64,000 nt of DNA from Nannocystis bainbridge (GCF_028368995.1 NZ_JAQNDL010000005.1:576001-640000), one strand, 5' to 3'; shown: positions 19,907 through 30,012, numbered from the stretch's first letter. The notes: generated by a model not told the origin, from the sequence alone. Numbers and translations are program-made.

Positions 19907-20014
19907 GCCCCGCGCCGGGCCGGCTCGCGGGCCGCGCTCGGGGGGATGCCGCGAACTCAGCTTCACGATCTGCGAGGCGCCGCGCGACGGCCGCGAGATC
20001 GCTCGCTCCCGGAA

Positions 20015-20092
20015 AAGATGGCCACAAGGACATGTCCTTGTGGCCATTTCTCTTCGCACATGTCCTCGTAGGCATGTCCCACGGGCCATCTA
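20015..20092. repeat. 14-bp-period GACATGTC array (6 units)
   Basis: aagatggc-cacaag-gacatgtc-cttgtg-gccatttc-tcttcg-cacatgtc-ctcgta-ggcatgtc-ccacgg-gccatcta; includes a perfect 30-bp palindrome 20018-20047; between convergent genes. Confidence 0.9.
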
Positions 20093-20219
20093 CCCTCAAT
20101 CCATCCAGCGGGACCCGGACCGGGCCAGCCGCGGCGAGGCGTTCGCCGGAGGTCGTCGGAGAACCCGCTGAAATCGACGACCTCGAGCACGCAGCTCCGC
20201 CCGCGCAGCTCGCCCGCGC

Positions 20220-21284
20220 TCAGCGACCGCCCGTGCGCGCCTGGTCGATGCAATACACCAGCCCGTCGCGCAGGCTGGCGCGGGTCGTCAGCTTGGACAG
20301 GTCGATCCCGATCGACACCATCGTCTGCGCGATCGAGGGGCGGATGCCGGTGATGATGCAGCGCGCGCCCAGCAGCTCGGCCGCCATCACCAGCCGCAGC
20401 AGGTGCTCGGCCGTCGCGGTGTCGATGAACTCGACCCCCGTCAGATCGATGATCGTGTGGCGCGCCTTCTTCTGGATGATCGCCTCGAGCAGGCGACCCA
20501 TCGTATCGGCCGCGCGTCGGCCGTCGACCGCCCCGATCAGCGGCAGGCTGAGCACGCCCTCCCAGACCTCGATGATCGGGGTCGCCAGCGCGCGGATGGC
20601 CTCCTCTTGCTGCGCGATCAGGCTCAGCTTCTCCAGCAGCTGCCTCTCCGTCTCGGCCCGCTCGTCGACCTCCTTGCGCACCCGCTCGAGCGCGACCGCG
20701 AGGTCGGCCCGGGTCGCGTCGTCGGTCGCCAGCATGTGCTCGATCCGGTCCTCCAGGCTCGCCTCCGAGGGCGTGACCACGAACTCGTCGTACGCGTCGC
20801 CGCTCGTGACCGACGCGACCTGCTCTGCCCAGCACTGCGACACCTCGAAGTGGCGCTGGAAGATGCCGGCGAACTTGCCGCCGAGGTAGCTCGCGCCCCA
20901 GCTGACCCCGAGCACCTTCTGGATGTTCGTCTCCCAGTGATGGTGCACGCGCAGCACGGCGCGGCGGGCCTTGCGATCGAGCGAGACCAGCTCCCAGCGG
21001 CCCCACCCGAACGTCGCGGCGACCTCGACCAGCGCGGCGAAGCCCGCCTCGAAGCTGGGGAACTGCGAGATGTACGCCCAATCGCCCTCGACCCCGTCGC
21101 GTCCGCCGCCGTGCAGCGCGAGGCGGAAGCGATCCGTGCCGACCATGCGCTGCAGCCCGCTGATCAGGCCCGTCAGCGTGCTCTCGGTCCAGATGAAGAT
21201 CGCCGGGTTACCCGCCATGCGGATGTTGCCGCGTTCGGTGTCGTACTCAAACTCGAGTCCCCCCAGAGTCGCGCGCTCGATCAT
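20220..21284 (-). CDS. V4R-like sensor plus RsbR-type STAS domain protein
   Basis: FGWGRWE V4R-like motif; C-terminal LATPIIEVWEGVLSLPLIG...IIDLTGV..IDT...GIRPSIAQT. Confidence 0.88.
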   Translation of the reverse strand: MIERATLGGLEFEYDTERGNIRMAGNPAIFIWTESTLTGLISGLQRMVGTDRFRLALHGGGRDGVEGDWAYISQFPSFEAGFAALVEVAATFGWGRWELVSLDRKARRAVLRVHHHWETNIQKVLGVSWGASYLGGKFAGIFQRHFEVSQCWAEQVASVTSGDAYDEFVVTPSEASLEDRIEHMLATDDATRADLAVALERVRKEVDERAETERQLLEKLSLIAQQEEAIRALATPIIEVWEGVLSLPLIGAVDGRRAADTMGRLLEAIIQKKARHTIIDLTGVEFIDTATAEHLLRLVMAAELLGARCIITGIRPSIAQTMVSIGIDLSKLTTRASLRDGLVYCIDQARTGGR

Positions 21285-21777
21285 GTCGTCGCAGCGACTG
21301 AAACACTTTCCTGGCGCCGGCACCACGGAGAACTTCGACTTCGTCGCGGGCGACGAACGGCGTCTGGGCCGCGATTGCGCCCGCTTCGTCGCGCCGCCGA
21401 TCGACGGCGAGCCCGGCGCCTCGTGGCGAAGCCGATACTACATTGTGGTCGGACCTCACCGTCGGAATGTGTCCATGACGATCGCGCCGCGTCACGGTCA
21501 CGAGACGGCCTGATGCCAATGGTGGCGACCGCACCGCACGTGAGACCCCACGCGGCGCCGCGAGCGAACGCGTCGATACGACGACTGCCATCCGCGCCGG
21601 CCCTGCCCATCCGCGCAGCATGGCGGAGCGGACAATCGTCCGCCAACCATTCACAGCACCTGCCATCCCGGCGCTTCCATGACTCCGAGCGGCGCGAATA
21701 TCGCGACCCGCCGCCGGCGCCGTCAGCGACTGCCGACCCACACGAGGCGCGAAGGCGAGCCCCACGACGGGGCGCGG

Positions 21778-22836
21778 CTAGTCCTGGCCCTTCGGACAGC
21801 TACGGAGCGACGACGCGGCGCCCCGGCGGGCCGGCCAGTGGAACCACGCCACGAAGTGATCGCGGATCAAGCGGGCCCCGAGATAGCGCTGGACCAGCGC
21901 CTCGCGGGCGGAGTCGAGGCCGTAGCCGTGGCTGACGATGTCGCTGCAGATCTGCAGGCCGATGCCGTGACCGTCGGTCGTGTAGCGGGTGGCGAAGATC
22001 CGGCTGAAGTCGTCGCCAAGATCGGCGAGCAGGCGGGCGCGGTGCTCCGGCGTGACCTGATTGCTGACCACCACCCGCAGGTCGGTCTCCTGCGCCTCGC
22101 CGAGCGGGAAGATGTCGACGTGCACCACCGCGTCGGAGGCGAACCGCGCCGCGTTGTTGATCAGGTTGTACATCACGCGATCGAGCGCCGCGAACTCCAT
22201 GCAGCACTCCGAGACCGCCCCGTGGAACTCGCAATCCAGGTCGACCCGCACGCGCCCGGCGTCGGCGGCCCCGTAGGCGATCCCCGCCCACTTCTCGACC
22301 AGCAGCGACGCGTCGTGATCGACCGGCGCCAGGTCGACCGCGTAGCCGCTCGGGTCGAGGTCGGGCAGCGCGTTGCGCATGATCTTGAGGTGGTCGCGGA
22401 CCAGGAAGAACACGCGCTCGAAGTCCTCCACCTCGGCCTCGCCGGCCTCGCACAGGTCGAGGTGCATGAGCAGCCCGCTGAGGCTGCCGCCGCGCACGTC
22501 GTGATAGACCTTGCGCACCGCCAGCGGCGTGTCCTCGGCCACCAGAGCCGCGCCCAGCCCGCGGATCTGCTCGCACAGGGTCGGGTAGTCCTGCCGCTTC
22601 AGCTCCTCGCGCACGCGGGCGAGCCCCTGCTCCGGCTCGTCGAGGCCGCCGACCAGCGCGTACAACCCCCGCAGGAAGTCGTAGATCCGCCGCACCACCG
22701 CGGCGTCGCCGGGCGCCAGGTCTTGGATCGAGGCCACGACCGTGTCTCCGACATAACGACGCGCACGCGGGCGAATATTGGCAGGGGGCGCGAGCGCGAC
22801 CAGTTCCGGGCGGGTGAGCGGTGAGGCGGTTTCCAT
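21778..22836 (-). CDS. Atypical histidine kinase / HATPase_c protein
   Basis: YHDVRGG H-box-like; YNLINNAARF N-box; GHGIGLQIC G2 box; GAGGAG RBS. Confidence 0.8.
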   Translation of the reverse strand: METASPLTRPELVALAPPANIRPRARRYVGDTVVASIQDLAPGDAAVVRRIYDFLRGLYALVGGLDEPEQGLARVREELKRQDYPTLCEQIRGLGAALVAEDTPLAVRKVYHDVRGGSLSGLLMHLDLCEAGEAEVEDFERVFFLVRDHLKIMRNALPDLDPSGYAVDLAPVDHDASLLVEKWAGIAYGAADAGRVRVDLDCEFHGAVSECCMEFAALDRVMYNLINNAARFASDAVVHVDIFPLGEAQETDLRVVVSNQVTPEHRARLLADLGDDFSRIFATRYTTDGHGIGLQICSDIVSHGYGLDSAREALVQRYLGARLIRDHFVAWFHWPARRGAASSLRSCPKGQD

Positions 22837-23354
22837 GGCCGTCTCCTCGAGACTGCTCCCCATTCCGCACGGATGCAAGGTGACGCCGAATGAGAGGACC
22901 GTCTCGTACGCGGGGTCGCGCCTCACGTGCGAGGCATGATTTCGACCTCGGGGTAAACCGCGCCAACGCCACGGCCGAGGCCGCTTGGCGGCCGTTCAGC
23001 AACCTTGGACAGATACTACGAACCTTATCTACGGCTATCACCGAATCATGCGATGATCCGCATCCGAATCACCACATGCGCAGTGCCATCATCGCAGCGG
23101 GGGCCGTCGGACCCGCGCTGCGCGCCCGTTCACGCGCCGCCGGGCCTGTCGAACCTTCGCCTCCTGTGTTCAAGGTCGGGTCGGGCTCCGCATGAGCCCG
23201 ACGTGCTCCCTATATGGTGTCCGCGCCGACTTGACGCCTCGCCGGGCTGCATCCATGGTCGTAGGACCGCGGCGAAGCTGATCTCGTCGCGCCCCACGCG
23301 GAGGCTCGACCGAGCAGAGCGAGCGAAGCGCCACCCTTGAACCAGAGCCTAATC

Positions 23355-23957
23355 ATGCAGAGAGCCGCCACCCCCTATTCGCTCCGCCTGACCTTGCGCT
23401 GCCCGCTCGTCGCGCTGGGCCAGGGGCCCCAGCGAGCATTCGACACGTTCCGCGGCGAGCTCGTGCGCGACGATGTCGTGTGCGCCGCCGCGGACGTGTA
23501 CGCGGTGCGGCTCGACAGCCGCGACGCCGCCTATGCCCGGGCCGCGGCGAGCCTCGGCAGCGAATACCTGACGCGGGTGTGCGGCGAGGCGCTGACGGGC
23601 GAGGGTTACGTCCAGGACCAGATCGCCGATTGCTTCTGGCACCCGGTGACCGACGTCTACGTCATCGACGGCATCACCACCAGCTTCGCCGCCGCCGAGC
23701 GCCCGGTCCTGCTCGGGCTGTTCGTGCAGACGATCTGGGCCGCGCTCGCGCGCGACGGCGGCCTACTGTTCCTCGACGTCCCCGCGACCGAGCTGCCGTT
23801 CTGGCGCTACCTGATGGGCGCCGATCTGCAGTCCGGCTTCGTCGTCGCGGCCAGCGAATACCTGCTGCGGAGCGACGACAGCCCGCGCCCCGCCCAGCTC
23901 ACCGAGCCCACCGCGCGGCCGGCGTCGCAGTGGCGAGCCGCCGCCAGCCGCAACTGA
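23355..23957 (+). CDS. Hypothetical protein
   Basis: Globular composition and GC3 bias; no motif recognised. Confidence 0.7.
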   Translation: MQRAATPYSLRLTLRCPLVALGQGPQRAFDTFRGELVRDDVVCAAADVYAVRLDSRDAAYARAAASLGSEYLTRVCGEALTGEGYVQDQIADCFWHPVTDVYVIDGITTSFAAAERPVLLGLFVQTIWAALARDGGLLFLDVPATELPFWRYLMGADLQSGFVVAASEYLLRSDDSPRPAQLTEPTARPASQWRAAASRN

Positions 23958-23959
23958 GG

Positions 23960-24334
23960 TCAGCCGCGCGGGCTCGCCGGCGGCCCGCAGTAGCTCCGCA
24001 CCAAGTTCAGGAGCACGTCGAATTCGATCGGCTTGCGCACGAATGCGGCGACCCCCGGCGGCGCGGTCCTGGGATTCTCGGCCGACAGGATCACGACCGG
24101 CAGCGCGAGGATGCGGTCCTGATCGCGCAGGACGTCGATGACCTCCCAGTCGCCGAGGATCGGCATCATGAGGTCGACGAGGATCAGGCACGGATCGCGG
24201 TCCGACCGGCGCAAGAACGTCTGCGCCTCTTCGCCGCTCGCGGCCTCCTCGACGACGTAGCCCTCGCGTCGCAGCAGGACGGCCGAGACTCCACGAATTT
24301 CGGAGTCGTCTTCGATGATGAGAATCGTGGGCAT
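23960..24334 (-). CDS. Single-domain response regulator
   Basis: ILIIEDD, LVDLMMP, ILSA and RKP receiver motifs. Confidence 0.9.
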   Translation of the reverse strand: MPTILIIEDDSEIRGVSAVLLRREGYVVEEAASGEEAQTFLRRSDRDPCLILVDLMMPILGDWEVIDVLRDQDRILALPVVILSAENPRTAPPGVAAFVRKPIEFDVLLNLVRSYCGPPASPRG

Positions 24335-24509
24335 GAGGGCCGGGAACCTAGCAGACCCGCCACGCGCGAGGACTACGGCGCCGTCGGCGCAGCCACCATG
24401 GGTCCGCGTCCTCGTCACGACCGGGGCGCGAGCCCCGCGACGCATCGACCTTGCGTCTGCGACATCTGCCAGCAAATCCGCCGCAGCATGCTAGGCTGAA
24501 CGCGGATCG

Positions 24510-25229
24510 ATGAGCGACCTCGGGCCCGAATTTTCCCCTGATGCTCGTGCCCGCCTCGCCGCGATCGTCGACGACGCCCACGACGCGATCCTGAGCCGCT
24601 CGCTCGACGGCACCATTTTGTCGTGGAACCGCGGCGCAGAGCGCCTGTTCGGCTACCTGGCGCACGAGGTGATCGGCCGCCCGGTGAGCATGCTCGTGCC
24701 GGCCGACCGCGCCGACGAGGAGGCCCAGGTGACGGCGCGGATCGGCACGGGCGAGCCGCTGCCGCCGTTCGACACCGAGCGGCGCCGCAAGGACGGCCAG
24801 CTCGCCGCCGTGGCCCTCGCCGTCTCCCCGCTCAAGGACGAAGGCGGCCGGGTCATCGGCTCCTCGATCGTCGCCCGCGAGCGCAATGATCACACCCACC
24901 GCGAGTACGACGCCGCCGCGCCGTTCAGCGGCCTGCACCACGCCAACCCCGACATGGCCGCGCTGCTGTCCGCGCTGGAGGACGAGCTGCGCAACCGCCT
25001 CCACGTCGTCACGATCTCCGCCCACCTGCTCGCCCGCAGCCCCCGCGGCGACGCATCCGCCGCCACCGCCCGCGAGCTGCTGGCCCGGCAGGCGAACGAG
25101 CTCCCGCGCCTGATCCAGCTGTTCACCGAGACCGCCGCCGGGCTCGAAGACTCGGCCCGGGGCCCCGCAGAGCCGCCCCTGGGCGCCGCCGACCTCACCG
25201 CCCCGGCCCAGCCCGAAAGCTCGCCCTAG
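24510..25229 (+). CDS. PAS domain protein with degenerate HisKA helix and no kinase domain
   Basis: DGTILSWNRGAERLFGY...RRRKDG PAS/PAC; LEDELRNRL resembles SHELRNPL. Confidence 0.8.
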   Translation: MSDLGPEFSPDARARLAAIVDDAHDAILSRSLDGTILSWNRGAERLFGYLAHEVIGRPVSMLVPADRADEEAQVTARIGTGEPLPPFDTERRRKDGQLAAVALAVSPLKDEGGRVIGSSIVARERNDHTHREYDAAAPFSGLHHANPDMAALLSALEDELRNRLHVVTISAHLLARSPRGDASAATARELLARQANELPRLIQLFTETAAGLEDSARGPAEPPLGAADLTAPAQPESSP

Positions 25230-25233
25230 TCCA

Positions 25234-25269
25234 GCCCTGGCCCTCGGGACATGTCCCCGGGGACATGTC
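25234..25269. repeat. 14-bp-period GACATGTC array (2-3 units)
   Basis: gccctggc-cctcgg-gacatgtc-cccggg-gacatgtc just after the stop at 25229. Confidence 0.9.
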
Positions 25270-25601
25270 ACTGCATTCGCAGACGCCGGCGGCCGCCGCC
25301 TCCGGACAGTGTCACCACCGGACGGCGAGGCCGGACACCTGTCGTGGGCCGGACACCCCGCCGCGGCCGACGTAACCCACGAGCGAGCGGCGCTCGCAAG
25401 TGACCGGGCGTGCACGGCCTGCGCCTCGCCCACCTCCCGACAATGGCGGCACCTGCGGCGATCCGGCGCCGACGAATGGTACGAGCACACGCGGGGGTCG
25501 GGCGCCCACGGGCGCCCACGGGCGCCCACCGGGCCGCCGGCTGCGATTGGTCAATGTTCACCTCGTGGGACGGCGCCGGGGATTCGGCTACGATGCCGCG
25601 C

Positions 25602-26234
25602 ATGCAAGTATCTCGTTCGGTCGCCTTGCTCGACGTACCTTTTCGGGTGCTCGGGCCCACGCCGCTGGCCCCGTATCGGCTCGGCGCGCGGCTCCGGTCC
25701 GCCGGTCTCCACGTGCGCGTGCAAGATCTGAAGCCCATATTGGTCGCCAAGATCGGTCGCGGCGCCTATCGCGAGCTGAGCGAGAACCACGAGGTCGGCA
25801 AATTCGGCGAGTGGTTGTTCTCTTCTTATGTGTATGGCGACGGCGCGAGCACGCGTGACGACGCCTTCTTCGACACCTACGCGTCCGACCTCGCCCCCCT
25901 GCACGTCGTCGGCGACCCGCGGCGCTGGTTGCGACGGATCCGCGACCAGATCGTCCCCGAGTTCCTGCAGGACGCCTGCACCTGCATCGAGGCCGCGGGC
26001 GTGCCCGCGGCGATCGGGTTCGCCTGCGAATCGTTCCAGACCAACGCCGCCCTCGCTCTCGGGCGCCGGCTCAAGCGCCGTCACCCGCAGCTCAAGCTGG
26101 TCCTCGGCGGCGTCGCAGTCCCCGAGGACGCGCGCTCCGGCCCGTCCTCGTCGACGCCGTGGATCGACGCCATCGCCCTCTCGAGCGAGGGCGAGCTGCT
26201 GGTCCCGCTGTTCCAGCGCCTCGTCGCCGGCTGA
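25602..26234 (+). CDS. Stand-alone cobalamin-binding-like N-terminal module of RiPP-type radical SAM methyltransferases
   Basis: GEWLFS, IGF..SFQTNAALALGRRLK..P..KLVLGG, WIDA...EGE; ends before any CxxxCxxC; TACGAT 7 nt before ATG. Confidence 0.65.
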   Translation: MQVSRSVALLDVPFRVLGPTPLAPYRLGARLRSAGLHVRVQDLKPILVAKIGRGAYRELSENHEVGKFGEWLFSSYVYGDGASTRDDAFFDTYASDLAPLHVVGDPRRWLRRIRDQIVPEFLQDACTCIEAAGVPAAIGFACESFQTNAALALGRRLKRRHPQLKLVLGGVAVPEDARSGPSSSTPWIDAIALSSEGELLVPLFQRLVAG

Positions 26235-26267
26235 GCGCGCCGCCGCGGCCCGCGAGCCGGGCGCATC

Positions 26268-26289
26268 GACATGTCTCATGAGACAGCTT
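26268..26289. repeat. 14-bp-period array (2 units)
   Basis: gacatgtc-tcatga-gacagctt, 34 bp after the stop. Confidence 0.8.
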
Positions 26290-26333
26290 TGCGTAGCTTC
26301 CCCCGCTCGCCCCGATCGGGCACGATGATCGCC

Positions 26334-27866
26334 GTGCGGAAGTCCAGTCGATGGCGATTTTTCGGCCTCGCGCTGCCCTCGCTGGCCGCCTGCCCCGCGC
26401 CGGGCGGCGACCCGAGCCCCTCGTCCGCGACGAGCCCGCTGCTCCCCACGACCACCACGACCTCCACCACGACCACGACCGGCAGCGACTCGCCCGAGCC
26501 CGCTCCGACCACCTCCACGACCTCGTCGACCTCGACGACCACCAGCGAGACCAGCGACGCGACCACGAGCGACGCGGGCCTCGTCGCACTGCAGATCGAT
26601 CCGCCGCAGCACCTCGTCACCGTCGCCAGCGGCTGGTCGTTTCCGGCGTCCTACAGCGTCGTCGGGCTCGACGGTCGCGGTCACATCGTCCCGGTCACCG
26701 CCGCCTGGAGCCTCGACGATCCGTCGCTCGGCACGCTCACGCGCCACGGCGGCACCTTCCAGGCCAGCAACACAGCCGCGGGGGTCGCCACGATCACCGC
26801 CAGCGCCGCCGGTCTGCAGGCCAGCGCCGAGGTCGTCGTCGAGCTCGTCGACGACCTGCCGAGCTGTCCGCCGCGTCCACCGCTGACTGACGGCGAGCCG
26901 GCGCCCGGCGCCTTCGTCAAGGTCGTCGCGCCCGAATATCAGGGCACCGGCGTCTACCACGGCCTCTATCTCCCGCCGGACTGGCAGCCCGGGCGGCGCT
27001 ACCCCATGATCGTCGAATCGCCGTGCAACGAGTACGGTGATTTCACCGGCAAGGTCGACGACGCCATCCTCGGCTACCACCTCGCGGGCTGCCAGCAATT
27101 CGTCTGGTTGGTCCTGCCCTACCTCGAGAGCGGCGCCAACCTCGATTTCGGCTGGGGCGACGTACCGGCGACCGTCGCCTACTGGCAGACCAACCTCGCC
27201 CGCACCATCGACGCCTGGGGCATCGATCCGGGCGCCGTGGTCGTGTCCGGCTTCTCGCGCGGCGCCATCGGCACCAGCTTCGTCGGCCTCCACGACGACG
27301 GCATCGCCGACGCCTGGCTCGGCTTCGTCATGCACAGCCACGCCGACGTCGTCACCCCGCTCACCCCCGACGGCGGCGCCGGCTCGGCGTCGCGAATGCA
27401 GCGCGTGCGCGGCCGGGCCGCCTGGCTGTCATGGGGCGCCGCGGGCGACGGCGGTCAGCCCAACAGCCTCAAGGGCGTCGAGCTGCTGGCGTCCTTCGGC
27501 TACCCGATCACCACGCTCGCGGTCCCTGGCGTCGGCCACACCGATGCCTGGCTCGCCGACGATGTCGCCTCACGGCAGGTGGCCCAGCAATGGCTGTTCG
27601 CCACCATCGCCGCCCGCCCCGGCACGCACGCCCTCCGCGGCCGCGTGGTCGACAGCGGCGGCCACGGCGTCGCCGACGCCCAGATCGCCTCCGGCGCGCA
27701 CGTCACCCGCACCGACGCCCACGGCTATTATTCGTTGCTCGGGCTGCTCCCCGGGCCGCGTGACGTCGCCTGCACGCACGCGAGCCTCACCTGCTCCGCG
27801 GATAAGTCCGTCGACATCACCGCCGCCGACGCGAGCGACATCGATTTCATCGCCGAGCGCCCCTGA
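26334..27866 (+). CDS. Lipoprotein: Ig-like domain, alpha/beta-hydrolase and carboxypeptidase-regulatory-like domain
   Basis: LAAC lipobox; YLPPDW, GFSRGA nucleophile elbow, GVGH; C-terminal GRVVD...TRTDAHGYY; start 26325 or 26334. Confidence 0.82.
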   Translation: MRKSSRWRFFGLALPSLAACPAPGGDPSPSSATSPLLPTTTTTSTTTTTGSDSPEPAPTTSTTSSTSTTTSETSDATTSDAGLVALQIDPPQHLVTVASGWSFPASYSVVGLDGRGHIVPVTAAWSLDDPSLGTLTRHGGTFQASNTAAGVATITASAAGLQASAEVVVELVDDLPSCPPRPPLTDGEPAPGAFVKVVAPEYQGTGVYHGLYLPPDWQPGRRYPMIVESPCNEYGDFTGKVDDAILGYHLAGCQQFVWLVLPYLESGANLDFGWGDVPATVAYWQTNLARTIDAWGIDPGAVVVSGFSRGAIGTSFVGLHDDGIADAWLGFVMHSHADVVTPLTPDGGAGSASRMQRVRGRAAWLSWGAAGDGGQPNSLKGVELLASFGYPITTLAVPGVGHTDAWLADDVASRQVAQQWLFATIAARPGTHALRGRVVDSGGHGVADAQIASGAHVTRTDAHGYYSLLGLLPGPRDVACTHASLTCSADKSVDITAADASDIDFIAERP

Positions 27867-27879
27867 CGACCCGCGGGTT

Positions 27880-28776
27880 TCAGCCGGACGGATCGCTGCG
27901 CAGCACCTCGATCACCGCGCGCAGCGCCGGCGTCACGTGGCGACCGCTCGGCCAATAAAGGAAGCTGCCCGGGAACGGCGGGCACCAATCCTCCAGCACC
28001 CGGACCAGCCGGCCCGCCGCCACGTGGGCCGCCACGTGGCTCTCGAGCGCGTAGGCCAGGCCGACCCCCGCGAGCGCCGCCTCGACCAGCAGCAGCGGCT
28101 CGTTGGTGACCAGCGCCGAGTCCATCGCCACCGCCAGCGCGCGGCCGTCCTGCTCGAGCTCCCATTTGAAAAGCGCCCCCGACGTCTGACGATAGTTGAT
28201 CGCGCGGTGCTGACGGAGCTCCTGCGGCGATTGCGGCGGCGGGTGGCGGCGCAGATATTCGGGCGACCCGACGATCGTCGCGCGGTCGTCGGGCCCGATG
28301 CGGACCGACACCATGTCTCGGTCGACCATGTAGCCGAGGCGCACCCCCGCGTCGAAGCGCTCGGCCACGATGTCGGCCAGCTTGTCGTCGGCCACGATCT
28401 CGAGCACCACCCGCGGATACCTGCGCGCCAGCTCCGGCAGGCGCGGCGCCAGCAGCCGCATCACCGCGTCGCGGTGGACCGTCAGGCGCACCGGCCCGGC
28501 CGGCTCGTCGCGCAGCTCGGCGAGCCCCGCCACGGCCGCGGCCACCCCGTCCATCGCCGGCACCAGCGTCGCCAGCAGCTGCTCGCCCGCCGCCGTCGGC
28601 GCCACGCTGCGAGTCGTGCGGTGGAGCAGTCGCAGGCCCAGCCGCTCCTCGAGCCCCGTCATCGCGTGGCTGATCGCCGACGTCGAGAGGCCCAGCCGCG
28701 ACGCCGCCCGCGTGAAGCTGCGCGCCTCAGCCACCGCCACGAACACCGCCAGGTCCGGCCAGTCCTCGCGCCTCAT
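27880..28776 (-). CDS. LysR family transcriptional regulator (CrgA-like)
   Basis: SFTRAA..LG...LEERLGLRLLHRTTRSV HTH; FDAGVRLG. Confidence 0.95.
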   Translation of the reverse strand: MRREDWPDLAVFVAVAEARSFTRAASRLGLSTSAISHAMTGLEERLGLRLLHRTTRSVAPTAAGEQLLATLVPAMDGVAAAVAGLAELRDEPAGPVRLTVHRDAVMRLLAPRLPELARRYPRVVLEIVADDKLADIVAERFDAGVRLGYMVDRDMVSVRIGPDDRATIVGSPEYLRRHPPPQSPQELRQHRAINYRQTSGALFKWELEQDGRALAVAMDSALVTNEPLLLVEAALAGVGLAYALESHVAAHVAAGRLVRVLEDWCPPFPGSFLYWPSGRHVTPALRAVIEVLRSDPSG

Positions 28777-28862
28777 TGTTGAGCCTCGTTCATCGACCCT
28801 TCCAGCTCCGGCTATCTACTCGACCGCGCCGGCGATGCCTAGCCTGCGGGTCCAGGAGCCTC

Positions 28863-29921
28863 ATGCCCGAAATCCGAGCCTACGCCGCGCAATCGCCGAC
28901 CAGCGGCCTCGCGCCGACCACCATCGTCCGCCGCGACCCGCGCCCCGATGACGTCGTCATCGAAGTCGCCTACTGCGGGATCTGCCACACCGACCTGTCC
29001 CAGACCCGCGACGAGTGGGGCGGCGCCACCTACCCGATGGTGCCTGGCCACGAGATCACCGGCATCGTGCGCGCCGTCGGCAGCGCCGTCACCGACCTCC
29101 CCGTCGGCGCCCGCGTCGGCGTCGGCTGCTTCGTCGACGGCGGCTGCTCCCGCGGCCACGGCGACCGCGAGCACGAGCACCAGGACCTCGACAACCTCGT
29201 GCTCACCTACAACGGCCGCGAGCACGACGGCGCCCCGACCTACGGCGGCTACGCCCAGACCATCGTGGTGAAGCGCGCCTACGTGCTCGAGATCCCCGAC
29301 GCCTTGCCGCTCGACGCCGCCGCCCCGCTGCTGTGCGCCGGCATCACCCTCTACTCCCCGCTCGTCCACTGGCGGGCCGGACCGGGCCGCAAGGTCGCCA
29401 TCGTCGGCCTCGGCGGCCTCGGCCACCTCGGCGTCAAGCTGGCGCGCGCCTTCGGGGCCGAGGTCACCGTCCTCAGCCGCGGCGAGGGCAAGCGGGCCGA
29501 CGCCCTCGCGCTCGGCGCCCACGACTACCACGCCACCTCCGACCCGCAGACCTTCGCCCGCCTCGCCGGCCGGTTCGACCTCGTCATCATCACCGTCGGC
29601 GCCACGCTCGACTGGAACGCCTACCTGCGGCTCGTGCGACGCGAGGGCGCCCTCGTCCTGGTCGGCATGCCCGACGCGCCCGGCGAGGTCAGCGGCTTCG
29701 AGCTGCTGTCGCAGCGCCGCTCGCTGGCCGGCTCCGGCATCGGCGGCATCCCCGAGACCGCGCGCATGCTCGAGTTCTGCGCCCGCCACGGCATCACCGC
29801 CGACATCGAGACCGTCGCCATCCAGGACGTCGCCGCCGCCTACGCCCGCGTCGACCGCAGCGACGTCCGCTACCGCTTCGTCATCGACATGAAGACGCTG
29901 AGCCGCGACCCCGGCGTTTGA
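28863..29921 (+). CDS. NAD(P)-dependent Zn alcohol dehydrogenase (CAD/AdhC type)
   Basis: CGICHTD, GHE, LLCAGIT, GLGGLG, YRFVID; AGGAG RBS; divergent from LysR. Confidence 0.93.
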   Translation: MPEIRAYAAQSPTSGLAPTTIVRRDPRPDDVVIEVAYCGICHTDLSQTRDEWGGATYPMVPGHEITGIVRAVGSAVTDLPVGARVGVGCFVDGGCSRGHGDREHEHQDLDNLVLTYNGREHDGAPTYGGYAQTIVVKRAYVLEIPDALPLDAAAPLLCAGITLYSPLVHWRAGPGRKVAIVGLGGLGHLGVKLARAFGAEVTVLSRGEGKRADALALGAHDYHATSDPQTFARLAGRFDLVIITVGATLDWNAYLRLVRREGALVLVGMPDAPGEVSGFELLSQRRSLAGSGIGGIPETARMLEFCARHGITADIETVAIQDVAAAYARVDRSDVRYRFVIDMKTLSRDPGV

Positions 29922-29998
29922 ACCTGCGCGAACGGACATGCCCTTTCAGGCATGTCCGTTCCATCATGTCCGTTCGGACCTGTCCTTGCGGACTATCG
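29921..29998. repeat. 14-bp-period GACATGTC array (6 units)
   Basis: aacctgcg-cgaacg-gacatgcc-ctttca-ggcatgtc-cgttcc-atcatgtc-cgttcg-gacctgtc-cttgcg-gactatcg; fills the convergent intergenic gap. Confidence 0.9.
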
Positions 29999-30012
29999 CC
30001 GGTCGTCCGCAC

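Noticed and set aside
20015-20092. CRISPR or mini-CRISPR interpretation of the repeat-spacer arrays
   Set aside because: Repeats of 8 bp and spacers of 6 bp are far too short, and no cas genes or leader are present
25247-25270. GGACATGTCC matches the p53 half-site RRRCWWGYYY
   Set aside because: The context is bacterial, so this is treated as coincidence with no functional claim
25500-25530. Three copies of the 10-bp tandem repeat gggcgcccac
   Set aside because: Short GC-rich slippage repeat with no evidence of function
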